A stretch of DNA of 40,849 bases, taken from positions 1 to 40,849 of IMG/VR virus record IMGVR_UViG_2563366924_000005. One strand, written 5' to 3'. The stretch's first letter is position 1, and each line of letters opens with the position of its first letter. This stretch comes from a virus. Its lineage: Duplodnaviria > Heunggongvirae > Uroviricota > Caudoviricetes. Below, piece after piece: positions 9,377 to 20,653 of this stretch. Below the pieces are notes generated by a model, which was not told the DNA's origin, ran no database searches, and saw nothing but the letters and a program-made list of their open reading frames with translations. Position numbers and translations under genes: made by a program.

Positions 9377-10788
9377 TCCACCGTAAATTGAATGCCTGAT
9401 TTTGAGGTATATGATCCAACCTGATTCCGTGGTTCTCCTGAAGGTGTCGAATCTTGTGCTGGCGCTGCGTCAGTATTCATTGACATATACCGCTTAACGG
9501 CACTCCCCAATGATTCACCTTTTTTAACATCCAACCCCAATATCTGACCGCCATTACGCGATTGTCCAGGGTTGCCATTCGCGCTCATCCACTCAGCTTT
9601 AAACTCATTAAACTGCGCGTTTCGTCGCTCAAGGTTTGCCATTGCATCAAGCCATCTTGCGACAGTCTCAGGGTTATCCATGTCAGTTGGTGCACCCTGA
9701 CGAACGATCTCAACGTCTTTATCCGTTGCTGGGCCGGGAGGTAGGAATTTAAGAACCTGACTGTTAACAAGGGCATTTTGGCGAATGCGCAAATCACGCA
9801 ATGTCGTATCGCTTCCGGTAAGTTTTGCGAACATGTTCTGTGCGTTACCGAACAAACCTGTCGTTGGTTTTTCTGCTCTGAACTGTTGAGCAAGCGCACT
9901 CATAGAATTGGCTGAGTTTGATGATGCTGTGGCATTGTTTACAGCCGTCTCGATGCCTTTTTCCATATTTACTGACAGCTTAGGTGCTTCGCTAATCAAC
10001 TGCTGAGCCTTTTCCTGCGCTTGCTGCATCTTAAACCCGAACTCTTGCTGATCCAGAGCCAAGCGTTGTGCTGCGATATTGTGCCCAGTCATTGCTGACT
10101 GATAGGAAAGGTTTTGCCCTCTCGCCTGAAGTGCTTCACCAGCCTGATTGCTGCGGATTGTCTCTGCCAGCCTGCCTCTGTCAATTTCACGACCAGCCAT
10201 CTTATCCTGAACAGCAAACGCCTTTTCTGGTCCAAGCGCACCGAGAGACATAGTAGTCAGCATGTGTGATAGCTGCTCTGGATTCTGGATACCTGTCTGA
10301 ATCATCCAGTCAGCATTCGCCCCCACGCGATTTAACCTGTCCTTGTTGTCAGTAATGAATTTACTGTAGGCTTCCGGTCCCTGAGAAAGAGCGACGTTAG
10401 CCCTCATGGCTAAATCGCCCATATCGTTGCGTTGCTGATCATTAAGACCGGAAAACGCCTGTTGTGCCTGTGCAACAAACGCTGGATTTTCCTGGGCAAA
10501 CTTAAATAGTCCCGATGGATCACCAGAAGCCCATGCATCAGCGTGAACCTTATTGAACGCACTAATCGCTTTCTGTTGCTGTTCCTGATTGTAAATATCA
10601 GCAACTCCAGCCAGACCACGTAACGCGGTCAGACCAACGTTATTTGCACCTGAGCGAGCCAGTTCATTGTTTTCGCGGATCAGACCAAGCGTTGCGTTAA
10701 TGTCGCTTGCCTTTGGCGCATTCTCATTTTGCGTACCGATGCCAGCCAGAAAACCACCAGAATTAATACCCTGTTGCCACGTAGCCAT
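9373..10788 (-). CDS. Ejection protein, P22 gp20 homolog
   Basis: 471 aa, the same length as P22 gp20; synteny; overlapping stop/start with gp16. Confidence 0.7.
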   Translation of the reverse strand: MATWQQGINSGGFLAGIGTQNENAPKASDINATLGLIRENNELARSGANNVGLTALRGLAGVADIYNQEQQQKAISAFNKVHADAWASGDPSGLFKFAQENPAFVAQAQQAFSGLNDQQRNDMGDLAMRANVALSQGPEAYSKFITDNKDRLNRVGANADWMIQTGIQNPEQLSHMLTTMSLGALGPEKAFAVQDKMAGREIDRGRLAETIRSNQAGEALQARGQNLSYQSAMTGHNIAAQRLALDQQEFGFKMQQAQEKAQQLISEAPKLSVNMEKGIETAVNNATASSNSANSMSALAQQFRAEKPTTGLFGNAQNMFAKLTGSDTTLRDLRIRQNALVNSQVLKFLPPGPATDKDVEIVRQGAPTDMDNPETVARWLDAMANLERRNAQFNEFKAEWMSANGNPGQSRNGGQILGLDVKKGESLGSAVKRYMSMNTDAAPAQDSTPSGEPRNQVGSYTSKSGIQFTVE

Positions 10789-10798
10789 TGATTACCCC

Positions 10799-11491
10799 TT
10801 AAAACAACGAGCCAAGCAGACCAAGACCGCCGCCGATCGCAGCCCCCCACGGAGTTGATGAACCAATTAATTTCGCAAGTCCGGCCCCAGCAATAGCACC
10901 AGACGCACCTCCGCCAATAGCAGATTGCATTGCTGATGGTCTGTTGGCATTTGCCGCTGCAAGAGCCGCACTTTGCTGCGAAATCTGACTCATATTGTTG
11001 GCATATGTTTGCCCGGCGTTTGCCTGACCTTGCAGTGCGCCAAGACCAATATTTGCCAGATTCTGGTAGTTGTTCATCTGACCAGACAGCCACTGCTGAC
11101 CAAGCGTTGGTGCGATTGTTGCTAACTGATTACCGGTTGCAGTGGAACCCAATCCACCTGTTGCTTCCGCTGCCGCCAGACTCTGATAGCGAGCCTGACC
11201 AGCAAGATCTTTGTACTGCTGAGAGTTGTAATACTGGTTAAGTGCCTGACCTTGCCCTTCCAGAGACGATAAGTTCTCGAGGCTACCGACATACTTATCA
11301 GCCAGAGGAGTAAACGGCTTCAGGTTGTTCATGATGGTGTTGAACTGCTGATTTTGCAGGTCTGCGGCATACTTCTGAGCTTCTGCTGCATACTTTGCGC
11401 TTTTATCAGAACTGCCACCTTTCCCGCCTTTTTCAGGGCAATAAGGTTCCTCGCCACGCAGTTTTCTGCCTAGCTTAAATGCATATAACAT
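10799..11491 (-). CDS. Ejection protein, P22 gp7 homolog
   Basis: 230 aa (P22 gp7 is 229 aa); synteny between gp14 and gp20. Confidence 0.7.
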   Translation of the reverse strand: MLYAFKLGRKLRGEEPYCPEKGGKGGSSDKSAKYAAEAQKYAADLQNQQFNTIMNNLKPFTPLADKYVGSLENLSSLEGQGQALNQYYNSQQYKDLAGQARYQSLAAAEATGGLGSTATGNQLATIAPTLGQQWLSGQMNNYQNLANIGLGALQGQANAGQTYANNMSQISQQSAALAAANANRPSAMQSAIGGGASGAIAGAGLAKLIGSSTPWGAAIGGGLGLLGSLF

Positions 11492-11493
11492 GG

Positions 11494-11949
11494 CTATCTC
11501 CTGTGATTCAGGAAGTCGATTAGTTCTTCGCGTGTGGCGCTGTAAAAAGTCACGTCATCCACGCCTTTGAAGTATTTCTTGATGGTTCCTACACGCTTAA
11601 GGCCAATCATTGCGCAGTAAATCTGCCCGTGGCGGAATTTGCGTGCGGCGAACGATGTGACGCACTGAACGGTGGTGTTAGTCAGAATGTATCGCCAGAA
11701 CGCCAGCCCGATTTCCTTGCTGAATCCACGAACCTCTGGCAGGTACATGGCGTGGCAATCGAATGTCAGCGGCTGAATCTCCTGATAGTAAACAATGCCG
11801 CCGAACTGCCCGTGCACGTTCACCTCAAAGTAACGGCAATCATGTTTATAGTCGTATCCATCACCGTTGTTGCTCCCGGCGATAATGTCAGGGTGATTTC
11901 CGACTGCTTCGATCAGGTCGATGTTTCGCGTTGGTTTGAATGTAATCAT
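11494..11949 (-). CDS. Tail accessory / head-completion protein, P22 gp14 homolog
   Basis: 151 aa in the gp14 slot between tail needle gp26 and gp7. Confidence 0.6.
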   Translation of the reverse strand: MITFKPTRNIDLIEAVGNHPDIIAGSNNGDGYDYKHDCRYFEVNVHGQFGGIVYYQEIQPLTFDCHAMYLPEVRGFSKEIGLAFWRYILTNTTVQCVTSFAARKFRHGQIYCAMIGLKRVGTIKKYFKGVDDVTFYSATREELIDFLNHRR

Positions 11950-12587
11950 CAGTCAATCAACCCATGTGCACGCAAGGCGTCTTCCAAAGCCTTAGTGCGC
12001 CGACGCTCAGCAATTAGAGCATTGGCTATAGCCTGGATTTCAGATTGCGTGTAAGTATCGCTAACGGTGAATGTCAGGTCAGCATTGAATACGCCTTTAT
12101 TCGCCGTACCTGTTGCCGCGGTCCATCCAGTCTGGCGAGCGCCAACAACTTTTGTACCGTTAACAGAATAACTTCCTGATACGTTAAGGGATGAGGCAAG
12201 AGTTTGAGTTCCTGCTCTGCTGAGTGAAACATAATCACCGATTATCTCTGATACCTTACCGTCGATATCCTGAACTTTTATTTTCAGACCATTAACATCA
12301 TTCTCTATTTCAAGAAGCTTTACTTTTATTCCTGAAATATCCTCTTCTGTTTTTGCAATTCTTTTTTCGTGCTCATCAAGAATTACATCCTGCTCATCAT
12401 TTCTGACCTGCGCATCATAAGCACCGCCTCCTGCCTGATTTGCCTTTTCTGCAATGGAGCCAACATCAGTACCCTGATTTATGACATACAGAAGGTAAGA
12501 CTGACTGAATATGTTGCGAGGGAGAATAGATGCATCAATGCGTGTAGCCTGAACCACGACAGGCTTATTAAGTGACGGGTCTGCCAT
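11949..12587 (-). CDS. Tail needle protein, P22 gp26 homolog
   Basis: N-terminus [36 protein letters not shown] and C-terminus [22 protein letters not shown]...[36 protein letters not shown] nearly identical to recalled P22 gp26; central coiled-coil. Confidence 0.85.
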   Translation of the reverse strand: MADPSLNKPVVVQATRIDASILPRNIFSQSYLLYVINQGTDVGSIAEKANQAGGGAYDAQVRNDEQDVILDEHEKRIAKTEEDISGIKVKLLEIENDVNGLKIKVQDIDGKVSEIIGDYVSLSRAGTQTLASSLNVSGSYSVNGTKVVGARQTGWTAATGTANKGVFNADLTFTVSDTYTQSEIQAIANALIAERRRTKALEDALRAHGLID

Positions 12588-12590
12588 ATT

Positions 12591-14009
12591 TTACTCCAGA
12601 CGAATTTGACACCCGGATAGTGTTACTGGTGACTTCGTGATAACGCGCAATTTGAAACCAATGTTTTTCCTGATGCGCCCTACTTTCTTCCACAAAACGC
12701 GTTTGTCGTAAACGAACGGTTCATTCTGCTCAATCATCTGCTCACGCCCGTAATTGATTCCGTCAGTGGTTGCAGAGAGGAACAGGCGGTCGGCGTACTG
12801 AGCTACGCCAGTGGATGATTCCACCTCCAGATCAAAGCATCTGGCGTTATCTGCTTTGAAGAGTGGAGTAAACAGCAGGTGTTCCTGCTGCTTGTCATAC
12901 TGGCTGCTGATATCGAATTGCAGTTTCCCGGTCACCGATTCCAGCTTATCGCCACACGTTATCTGATGGCCTTCGTAAATGAAGTCGATAGCGCGGTACA
13001 CATCGTCATACAGGCCTGTTTTCAGCACACACCATTGCGGACCATTGGCGCTTGAAGATGCGTCGTACACGAGAACATGGCGCGGAAGGTGGATAATCAG
13101 CAACTCATGAGCATCAAAGCGCAGAGACTCCATCACGCCATCAGCCAGTTCATCAGCAGTGTAGGAGCGGAGGATTTTCTCAATGCTCGCGCTGGCGATT
13201 GGTGATACCTGACCGGAGCCGATGATGTAAACAGACGGCGCACCTGTTGCCGGATTGCTGATGAACGCATACGAGTCAGCAAACGGCGTTTTGCAGTAAG
13301 TCCCGGCAATGCCTTTCTGCACCATCAGTGATGGCTGTGCGACATACAAAGCGGCACCAACGGTGGTTGCACCTGTCAGGGAAAAATATTCAATCGTCGA
13401 TGAGCCAAAGCAGACGATGAAGTCTCGCCATGTACCTATGCCGATGATGCCGTCCGGCTGAGACTCGGCACGATATTGTGCACTGTAGCGGTCAGGATGC
13501 GATTCATCTTCAAGGTCAGTGATAAACCATGAATCAGTGCCGTCTTTTGACCACGCATAACGCCCACGTAAGCGCGTAATGTCGCGAACTGAACCTAACT
13601 CATACTGAGTGAATCCACTGTCTGTAGGCCAGTTTGAGACGGTTTTAACCGTGCCATCATAGCGATACTCGACCAGTTGACCATTAACGCCTACCGCCTG
13701 TGATGTCCGACCATGCGCCATTGATACACGACCACTTCCGGCAACGTCACCGACTTCACTTTCTCCTTTGTACAGCTTGCCACCACACACACGATAAACA
13801 GCACTCTGCGCCATGTTGTACTCGACGCCTCGCGATACTCCGTTCACATCAGAACGTTTGGCAATGCCCGGGAATGAGCGAAGATATCCGCTGCTGTTGA
13901 GGATTTCTTTGGGTGTAGCCAGCATATTCACTGGCAGATAGTCGATATAGTCGGCGTTTCGAAAGTCTTTGCCGACACCTTTCATAAGCGGAAGTTGCTG
14001 AATCGGCAT
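12591..14009 (-). CDS. Tail hub protein, P22 gp10 homolog
   Basis: 472 aa, the same length as P22 gp10; synteny between gp4 and gp26. Confidence 0.75.
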   Translation of the reverse strand: MPIQQLPLMKGVGKDFRNADYIDYLPVNMLATPKEILNSSGYLRSFPGIAKRSDVNGVSRGVEYNMAQSAVYRVCGGKLYKGESEVGDVAGSGRVSMAHGRTSQAVGVNGQLVEYRYDGTVKTVSNWPTDSGFTQYELGSVRDITRLRGRYAWSKDGTDSWFITDLEDESHPDRYSAQYRAESQPDGIIGIGTWRDFIVCFGSSTIEYFSLTGATTVGAALYVAQPSLMVQKGIAGTYCKTPFADSYAFISNPATGAPSVYIIGSGQVSPIASASIEKILRSYTADELADGVMESLRFDAHELLIIHLPRHVLVYDASSSANGPQWCVLKTGLYDDVYRAIDFIYEGHQITCGDKLESVTGKLQFDISSQYDKQQEHLLFTPLFKADNARCFDLEVESSTGVAQYADRLFLSATTDGINYGREQMIEQNEPFVYDKRVLWKKVGRIRKNIGFKLRVITKSPVTLSGCQIRLE

Positions 14010-14018
14010 TTATTCACC

Positions 14019-14480
14019 TCACGTACTCGGATCATCTTTCTCGATGTAAAACCGATTCCACGTAAACGCGCTTTTGTTACCACTACCGCGAGGCATGTCA
14101 TTTCGCCGCTCAAGTGGTGGTATTTTGGTTAAAGCGATACAGATTGTCTGATATGCACTGTCAGCAGCGGTAAGGAGAGCGTCTGACGGCTGAATGACGT
14201 TATCCATGCACACTTGCACAGCGAGTTTCAAAGCGACGCCATCATTTGCCCATGCAGGGATACCTGAATCATCGTCAGGTAACGGCATGATGCCGTTTTC
14301 TGTATCAGCAAACTGATATCCAAGCTCGATACCTTTAGCCTGCCATGCTGCCATCATGTCTTCGAGGTCATTAATGGCATCTTCAATTGCCTGAGGGTCA
14401 GCATCTGTCAACGTGGCATTGGAATACAGCCCGGCTTTTCGTAAAGCCTTAAGAACGAGATCACCCTTCGTTTTCGCCAT
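14019..14480 (-). CDS. Head-to-tail adaptor, P22 gp4 homolog
   Basis: 153 aa in the gp4 slot downstream of coat. Confidence 0.65.
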   Translation of the reverse strand: MAKTKGDLVLKALRKAGLYSNATLTDADPQAIEDAINDLEDMMAAWQAKGIELGYQFADTENGIMPLPDDDSGIPAWANDGVALKLAVQVCMDNVIQPSDALLTAADSAYQTICIALTKIPPLERRNDMPRGSGNKSAFTWNRFYIEKDDPST

Positions 14481-14649
14481 CTTCTTCCGCCTTAGCCACT
14501 TTATGCTTCGTTGCGGTTTCTTCAGGAGTTTTTACCCAGCCTTTTTTCAGGTGAGATTTAACTTCTTCGTCATCAACAATGATGTAATCGACAGCAAACT
14601 GACCACAGGTGATCATGTTGCCAGGCTTATAGAGCATTGTTCGTGCCAT
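14461..14649 (-). CDS. Small hypothetical protein (62 aa) between coat and gp4
   Basis: ORF only; lysine- and glutamate-rich; plausible small late gene but unverified. Confidence 0.3.
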   Translation of the reverse strand: MARTMLYKPGNMITCGQFAVDYIIVDDEEVKSHLKKGWVKTPEETATKHKVAKAEEDGENEG

Positions 14650-14688
14650 TGTCTTCTCCCAATAAAAATGGGGCCGAAGCCCCTTAGA

Positions 14689-15948
14689 TTACTGGTTAGC
14701 CAGTACCAGGCCGGTAAACTCTGGAACCAATACACTTGCGCCAGCCAGCGTGGTGAATCGCGTCCACGTCTTACCTGCTTTGGCATCGAACTGGTAAGCC
14801 ATGATGATGGTCGCCCCCTGCTCGGTAGTTGCCGTCATAACCTGCGGGCCCTGCCCGGTCGGGAATGCCAGCTTGCCGTACATCAGCTCTACAGATCCCT
14901 CAGCAAAGAAGATGTTGGAAGCCGCAGCCTTCTTGTTGAGAATGGTGATCGCCGCGTTATTCGCCGGATTGGCGGTAACGTTCTGGTAAGGAATAGACGG
15001 CGCATCAGCGTTGTTTGGTGGCAGAATTTTCGGGCTGATGGTAACGGTGGTGCCATTTACCGCCAGGACGCGGAATACCTGCGACTGGCCTGTATCCACC
15101 TTCTTGATCATGTGGACACTATTAACGCCTGCGATAGTGAATGCATCACCAACAGCCAGCACGCCAGCAGTAGACACGGTGATGTCGCCCTGACGGTTAT
15201 CAGTAGGTGCGCCGTTGGAGTCCATTGCGGTAACTTTATGCGCTACTGCGCCACCAAGAGTTACGGCGGTGGCAGAACCTGCCTTCATCTCGCCAGCATA
15301 ATCAACACGGAAGCTGTCGAAGGATGCCACAGGTGGGATCTGAGCTTTCTCATACGCCGTCAGCGTTGCGCCAACTGCATATGCGCGAGAGCCAAGCTCT
15401 TTAGCCAGGTCTTTGTAGTTGAACGGGTTGTAGAACGCTTTGCGCTGCCCACCCTGCGGCACACCAATAGAGAGCATCATTGCGTCAATGCCTGCAGATG
15501 CGTTCCAGAGGTCTTCGCCGAGAGTCTTGCCGGTTGATGCCGAACCAATGGTGACCATGTTGGTAGCGCGGGCGGCCACCTCATCGACGATCAGGTTATC
15601 AACCCACGCTGCCAGCTGACGACCCGCCGCTTTACCAGCTTGCTCCTTATGCCATGGATCGCGCATTTCTTTTGCGTCCAGCTCGTAGATAACGTTTTCT
15701 GGCTCGCGGAAACGCGCAGGTACCTGACGCTGAACGAGTGAGTTTGCAGTTGCTGCGGTCAGATCTAGGCCGCTAACGGTTTTCAGATGGTAACCTTGAG
15801 GGCGATAAACTACGTCGCCTGCGCGTTGCATTTCAGTGTCGCCCGGGCGGAACTTGCTGCACTCACGGGATACTACGTTTGATGCCTCGAATCCATCAAT
15901 GACGTTTTCAAATAGGATTTCAAGGTCTTTAGTTAACTGATTAGGCAT
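14689..15948 (-). CDS. Major capsid (coat) protein, P22 gp5-like
   Basis: 419 aa (P22 coat is 430 aa) directly downstream of the scaffolding gene; synteny. Confidence 0.7.
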   Translation of the reverse strand: MPNQLTKDLEILFENVIDGFEASNVVSRECSKFRPGDTEMQRAGDVVYRPQGYHLKTVSGLDLTAATANSLVQRQVPARFREPENVIYELDAKEMRDPWHKEQAGKAAGRQLAAWVDNLIVDEVAARATNMVTIGSASTGKTLGEDLWNASAGIDAMMLSIGVPQGGQRKAFYNPFNYKDLAKELGSRAYAVGATLTAYEKAQIPPVASFDSFRVDYAGEMKAGSATAVTLGGAVAHKVTAMDSNGAPTDNRQGDITVSTAGVLAVGDAFTIAGVNSVHMIKKVDTGQSQVFRVLAVNGTTVTISPKILPPNNADAPSIPYQNVTANPANNAAITILNKKAAASNIFFAEGSVELMYGKLAFPTGQGPQVMTATTEQGATIIMAYQFDAKAGKTWTRFTTLAGASVLVPEFTGLVLANQ

Positions 15949-15968
15949 ACTTTTTTAGCTCCGATGGA

Positions 15969-16865
15969 TTATTTTTTAGCTTTATTCTTCGCCGCTCGGT
16001 ATGCGGTGTAATCACCGGTGGCGCGCGCTTTTTCGAGAAGTTTGTCGAGATTATTAATTGCAGCGCCATTGCTCCCCTTAACTGTCGGGGTTGTGGCTGC
16101 CGTGGTTTTTGCTTTTGGCATGATTCTGGCCTTCGATTCGATACGTTCCAGCAGACGACCAATTGCTACGGGGTTGGTAGCTTCTGCCAGTTGCTTGCGC
16201 AGTTCAGCGTTGCGACCGAGCGCCAGAACAACGATTTCCGGCTTCTCTGACTCAAACAGGATCGCGTTTTGTGTCTCGATGGGGATTTCCTCGAGTACGG
16301 CCTGCTCAGCTTCCTGATAGCCAGGAACTTTGAGAGCCTTAACACGTTGCTGATATTTGGATAATCGCTCTTGATAGGCAGCCTGAAGCTCCTGCTCCTT
16401 CTGCTTGCGAGCCATCTCCTGTTGCTGGTACTTGCCGTTATCCTCTGCCCACTTAGTCATGCGTTGCTGATAGATTTCTTCATCGAAACCGATGTCCTCA
16501 TCATCCAGTTTTGGCATTCGCGGTGGTTGAGTGATTACCGGCTGCTGCTCGACGGGTTTCTGAGACTGACGCATCAGCTCTTTCAGCTCACGGTCTTTCT
16601 CTTTAATCGTCTTGCGCAGGTGTTTTACCAGTCCATGCTCTGCGCCATCTTCGCTGGTTGGCGAATCCAGCTTTTCGTCACCAAAGTAGAATTCCTGTTC
16701 TGATTCGTCGTCATCAGTTTCAGTAGCTTCCTCTGCATCATTGCCGGAGGACTCACTGCCATCTTCTGTTTCGACTTCTTCAGCCAGTTCGACATCATCA
16801 GGAATCTGCTCTGACGCGTCGGTTTCGATTTCAACTTCTGGTGTGTTTTCTGCCATCTGGTCCAT
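15969..16865 (-). CDS. Scaffolding protein, P22 gp8-like
   Basis: 298 aa; highly acidic N-terminus, coiled-coil middle, basic C-terminal helix-turn-helix-like tail (...GDYTAYRAAKNKAKK) resembling the P22 gp8 coat-binding end. Confidence 0.75.
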   Translation of the reverse strand: MDQMAENTPEVEIETDASEQIPDDVELAEEVETEDGSESSGNDAEEATETDDDESEQEFYFGDEKLDSPTSEDGAEHGLVKHLRKTIKEKDRELKELMRQSQKPVEQQPVITQPPRMPKLDDEDIGFDEEIYQQRMTKWAEDNGKYQQQEMARKQKEQELQAAYQERLSKYQQRVKALKVPGYQEAEQAVLEEIPIETQNAILFESEKPEIVVLALGRNAELRKQLAEATNPVAIGRLLERIESKARIMPKAKTTAATTPTVKGSNGAAINNLDKLLEKARATGDYTAYRAAKNKAKK

Positions 16866-16955
16866 TTGTTACCCCTGTTTACTCGATGTTCAGCCCATCG
16901 GAAGGCAATAGGGTGCCAGGCCTCATAAAGACAGCCATTGCACGTTATGGGTTAA

Positions 16956-19172
16956 TTACTGCTGTGGTTGTTGCTGAGTTGATTTTTGCAGGATGCTGCT
17001 GATGTCCATGCGCTGCGCATGGCCCTGTGCCTGACTTTTCAGGACAAGCTCTGCATCAGCACGGGCATTGTCTCCTTGCTGTTGCTGGAACTGTCCGAGC
17101 AGTTTCAGAGCCTCGCGGATATCAGATTTCTGCTGGCTATCAGCAGATGCGAGGATTTTCACAACGTTTGCCGCTGCAACCTGAGCATCAGTCTGTGCCT
17201 GGAATGCTTTAACCTGAATGGCTGCCTGCTCGTTCTGCGCTTTCTGCAATTCAGCCTGACCAGCAAGAAGCTGACCTTGCGCAGCAACCATAGCCGGATC
17301 TGGCTGACTGGCCTGTTGTTGTTTCGCCTGCTCAACCATCTGCTGTTCTTCTGGCGTTCTCGGCTTGATAACTCCAGACAGAAGCAACTGATTGCGGTTG
17401 TATTCTTTAAGGTCGTCCATCCCTTCGCCGTCCATATTGTCGAGGATCATCGACGATACAAGGTCGTGTTTCGGCGTTCCGGGCGGGATAAGTGCCAGCA
17501 TGGAAAGTAACGACTTAACCGTTGCGTCACGGCGAGTAGCGAACGACTGACCGACATCGACAGTCACTTCATAGTTACCCTGCGAAAGGTCGTTAAGCGC
17601 GATAACCTGCCCTGTCTGACGGTCAACCACTTCACCAGTCATCAGCGCCACGTCATCGCTGCCGTCCTCATTAACGATACGCATCGGCGTATCACTGCCA
17701 TAGACCTCACGCGCCATAGAAAGCCACACAACGCCAGCGCGGCGCATGGATTTAGCCATGTTGTCCATGTAGATATAGGACTGCGTGTCCATCCTGTTAA
17801 AAATGCTATCAACGGTATCGGTGGCGACGTTGCTCGGCATGTTCTCAAACTGCGACGCACCTGTAATTTGCTGAATAGCCGTTCCGGTGTACTGCAATAG
17901 CCCGGCAAGAGCTGGAGGCATTTGTGTCGGAGGCGTATAACTGCTGACCTGAGCCTGCGCTGTAATATCTCCGTTTTTGTTTTTCAGACTGACCATCGGC
18001 AGGAACGCCGGGCGCTTTTTGTTTCGCTCCGCCCAATGAGTGGCGAGAGTACCAGGAATCATGTCAACATCAACTACAGGAATGCCATCACCGCCAGCCT
18101 GAGTAGCGTTATCTGCAATCATGGAAACCATCAGGTTCTCAAGACGCTGTGCATCCATCGCTTTTGCTGCGTGGCCTTCAATTCGCTCCTGATTATCAAC
18201 AAATGAGCGACGCCCATATACCGGGATGAGAGGAATATGTTCACCCGGAATACGCTTCGGTTCTTCCAGCCATTCAGCGCCAGACAGAAGACCGCAATAA
18301 ACGCGGCGCTTCTTCACCGTTCGCTCGCCAATCAGTTCGAATGCACCATCGGTCAGCTCGTCGACAATATCTTTGATTTGCTCTTCATCATAGATTGCCG
18401 TTTCTCCGCTAACAGGGTTGCGCCACGCCGTGAGCTTCACCTTCTCTATGCGGACTTCATAGTAGCGACCAACATAGATAGCATCAGGAGTTGACCAGTC
18501 ATATTGAGTGCCAGTGTCATCACGAGAAAGACTTGCAGCGATGGAATCAGGGTATTCAGCTTCGAACGCTTTAGGCGTCATGGAGAACATTTCCATAGCC
18601 CACATAGCATCAGAGCGGTCATATTGCTTGCTGTCCTGATCGAAGAAGACGCATGTCGCTGGGTCGTAAACAGGAAGAAGGCTGATGCGTCGCTGCTCGT
18701 TACTTGGGTCCATTTCATCTTCGTAATCGGCACACATGCGGAAACAACCGAATCCGCCCGTTACAGCATCATCAAATGCGTTATCACACGCTTCGCCACC
18801 TGATGTTTCCTGATAGTCAGCGCGGAATTTGCCGTTCATCTTTTCGGCTAACGCTTCCGATGCCTTATCGTCCTTCGGCCTGAATTTAACGCTGATGCGA
18901 TTCTGTCGATACTCGCCAATGATGCGATCACATTCACGGGCAATCTTATTCAATTCAAAACGCGGATAATGCTCGAACCTGCCTTCATCAAATGAGTAAC
19001 CAGCGTTTGTGCTGCCTTCCCACTGTGCGCCGGACACCCGGACGAAACGTTGAGCCTCAATAATCTGCTCACGCATATCCTGCGTTGCTGACCAGGCATT
19101 ATCAAAGTTGCACAGCACCTTGCGATGCCAGTCAGTCATCTTTCTATCATCAGCCATCATCCAACTCCGCAA
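16956..19172 (-). CDS. Portal protein, P22 gp1 homolog
   Basis: 738 aa; motifs GEHIPLIPVYG, PAMVAAQGQLLAGQAELQKAQNEQ and ARADAELVLKSQAQGHAQRMDISSILQ match recalled P22 portal ([61 protein letters not shown]). Confidence 0.85.
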   Translation of the reverse strand: MRSWMMADDRKMTDWHRKVLCNFDNAWSATQDMREQIIEAQRFVRVSGAQWEGSTNAGYSFDEGRFEHYPRFELNKIARECDRIIGEYRQNRISVKFRPKDDKASEALAEKMNGKFRADYQETSGGEACDNAFDDAVTGGFGCFRMCADYEDEMDPSNEQRRISLLPVYDPATCVFFDQDSKQYDRSDAMWAMEMFSMTPKAFEAEYPDSIAASLSRDDTGTQYDWSTPDAIYVGRYYEVRIEKVKLTAWRNPVSGETAIYDEEQIKDIVDELTDGAFELIGERTVKKRRVYCGLLSGAEWLEEPKRIPGEHIPLIPVYGRRSFVDNQERIEGHAAKAMDAQRLENLMVSMIADNATQAGGDGIPVVDVDMIPGTLATHWAERNKKRPAFLPMVSLKNKNGDITAQAQVSSYTPPTQMPPALAGLLQYTGTAIQQITGASQFENMPSNVATDTVDSIFNRMDTQSYIYMDNMAKSMRRAGVVWLSMAREVYGSDTPMRIVNEDGSDDVALMTGEVVDRQTGQVIALNDLSQGNYEVTVDVGQSFATRRDATVKSLLSMLALIPPGTPKHDLVSSMILDNMDGEGMDDLKEYNRNQLLLSGVIKPRTPEEQQMVEQAKQQQASQPDPAMVAAQGQLLAGQAELQKAQNEQAAIQVKAFQAQTDAQVAAANVVKILASADSQQKSDIREALKLLGQFQQQQGDNARADAELVLKSQAQGHAQRMDISSILQKSTQQQPQQ

Positions 19173-20653
19173 GGTATGTTGTAGCTTGAGTAATCAATCT
19201 CTTTAGGATCTTTGATGTCTCGCATCTGTATTGCAAAACGCCTCATCATGTAGCCATAGCGAACAGCAGAAAGGATGTCGTCATTTAGCTTGACGATCTT
19301 CCCGTTCTCATCGCGGTGATACAGGCGAAACTCTTCAAAGAATGGCTCGCAGGTGTTAAATACCTTGAAACGACCGTCGAGCATCATGTCGCGTATCTCT
19401 GCTATCCCGGGTTCGACCGCATTACCTCCATCAGGCCATGTTGCATGATCTGGCAACATATCGAACCCAGCGTCGGCGTATTGTTCCTTGAGCTGAGCGC
19501 CGCCTCCCTTTTCGTGCTGATGCCCGTCATGAGGCCAAGCCGTAGGGGTGTTTTTGCTCCATGCTTTAACAGCACTCCATGCCTCTGTCGCCTTCTTCTG
19601 TTTGGCCTTCCAGACGCGAGAAAGATAAATCACGTCCTCGTCTTTATCCCACCAAAGCTGGATGTGTGCCTGTGGGTGATCCCATCCGAAGTCCATTGCA
19701 TTGATGACGTAGAAGTGATCAGGACACTCGAACGGCTGACACTTAATAGTCTCTTCCGGTATCTGGAAGATTCGACCACTACCCATCGTAGGAATACCGC
19801 GAGCACGCGCCTCTCTCTCATGCTCAGGATAGGATGCGATGATTTGCTCTTTCTGCTCGTCGGTATAGTGCTCAGCGTCATAGATGGTCATGTTGACCAC
19901 TTTCTGCGACTTGCTGGGATTCTTCAGGAACTTGGTAACAACGTCAGACATCCCCATCAGCGGGGTAAACGTCAGAATTGAGAATTGCCCGTATTTGTTG
20001 GTACGGGTAAGACCTTCGCCATAAATGCTGTATGGTGGCTCTTCGTCAAACCACACGCCGTGGATTGTGTCACCCTGCCAGCGAGCGCGGCCTTGCGAGT
20101 ATGGTTTGAAGTAGCAGATTGAAATGCCATCTTCAACGCCATCAGCCGTGTGATGCTTAACCAGAAGGTGATCAACAAGGTTCGGAAAGAAAGGAGACTT
20201 CTTCCAGCTAATGATGTCCTCTTTCGGTATTGAACCGTAGCCCGGCTCATCATTCTCTTCAATACGACCGCACAGGATGCGTTGAGTCGTTTTGGTTACC
20301 GTCTCGTTTGTCTCGCCACCAATCCAGAAGACAACAGGCTCATAGAAACGCTTACCTTTCCACTCACCGCCATATTTACCATCAGCAGGATAGCCTTTTG
20401 TGCCCGGATAACGCCCTGTAAGGTGAAACGCGACTTCAGCAGCACCAGTAAATGACTTACCAAGCTGGTTACCAGCCATAAAACAGCGCTCTGGATAGTC
20501 ATGTCCGGCGTCGATGAACTCACGCTGTTTGCTGTATGGCGTAAATTCATATAGCAGGTGTGTGTTCCGGTAGTTCTCTTCTTCTTCGAGTAGCTCGAGC
20601 AACTCGATTTGCTCTTCGTCGCTCAGGTTATCAAGAATCGCGTCCAGTTCCAC
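19157..20653 (-). CDS. Terminase large subunit, P22 gp2 homolog
   Basis: 498 aa; N-terminus [37 protein letters not shown]... matches recalled P22 gp2; overlaps the portal start. Confidence 0.85.
   Translation of the reverse strand: MELDAILDNLSDEEQIELLELLEEEENYRNTHLLYEFTPYSKQREFIDAGHDYPERCFMAGNQLGKSFTGAAEVAFHLTGRYPGTKGYPADGKYGGEWKGKRFYEPVVFWIGGETNETVTKTTQRILCGRIEENDEPGYGSIPKEDIISWKKSPFFPNLVDHLLVKHHTADGVEDGISICYFKPYSQGRARWQGDTIHGVWFDEEPPYSIYGEGLTRTNKYGQFSILTFTPLMGMSDVVTKFLKNPSKSQKVVNMTIYDAEHYTDEQKEQIIASYPEHEREARARGIPTMGSGRIFQIPEETIKCQPFECPDHFYVINAMDFGWDHPQAHIQLWWDKDEDVIYLSRVWKAKQKKATEAWSAVKAWSKNTPTAWPHDGHQHEKGGGAQLKEQYADAGFDMLPDHATWPDGGNAVEPGIAEIRDMMLDGRFKVFNTCEPFFEEFRLYHRDENGKIVKLNDDILSAVRYGYMMRRFAIQMRDIKDPKEIDYSSYNIPCGVG

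Noticed and set aside
14413-15537. 374-aa plus-strand ORF
   Set aside because: Antisense to the coat and gp4 genes in a GC-rich region; the Arg/Cys-rich translation is typical of a spurious reverse frame.
16018-17510. Plus-strand ORFs 16018-16317, 16371-16703, 16986-17510
   Set aside because: Antisense to the scaffold and portal genes; low-complexity translations.
19316-19981. 221-aa plus-strand ORF
   Set aside because: Antisense to the terminase large subunit, whose identity is supported by a recalled N-terminal match.
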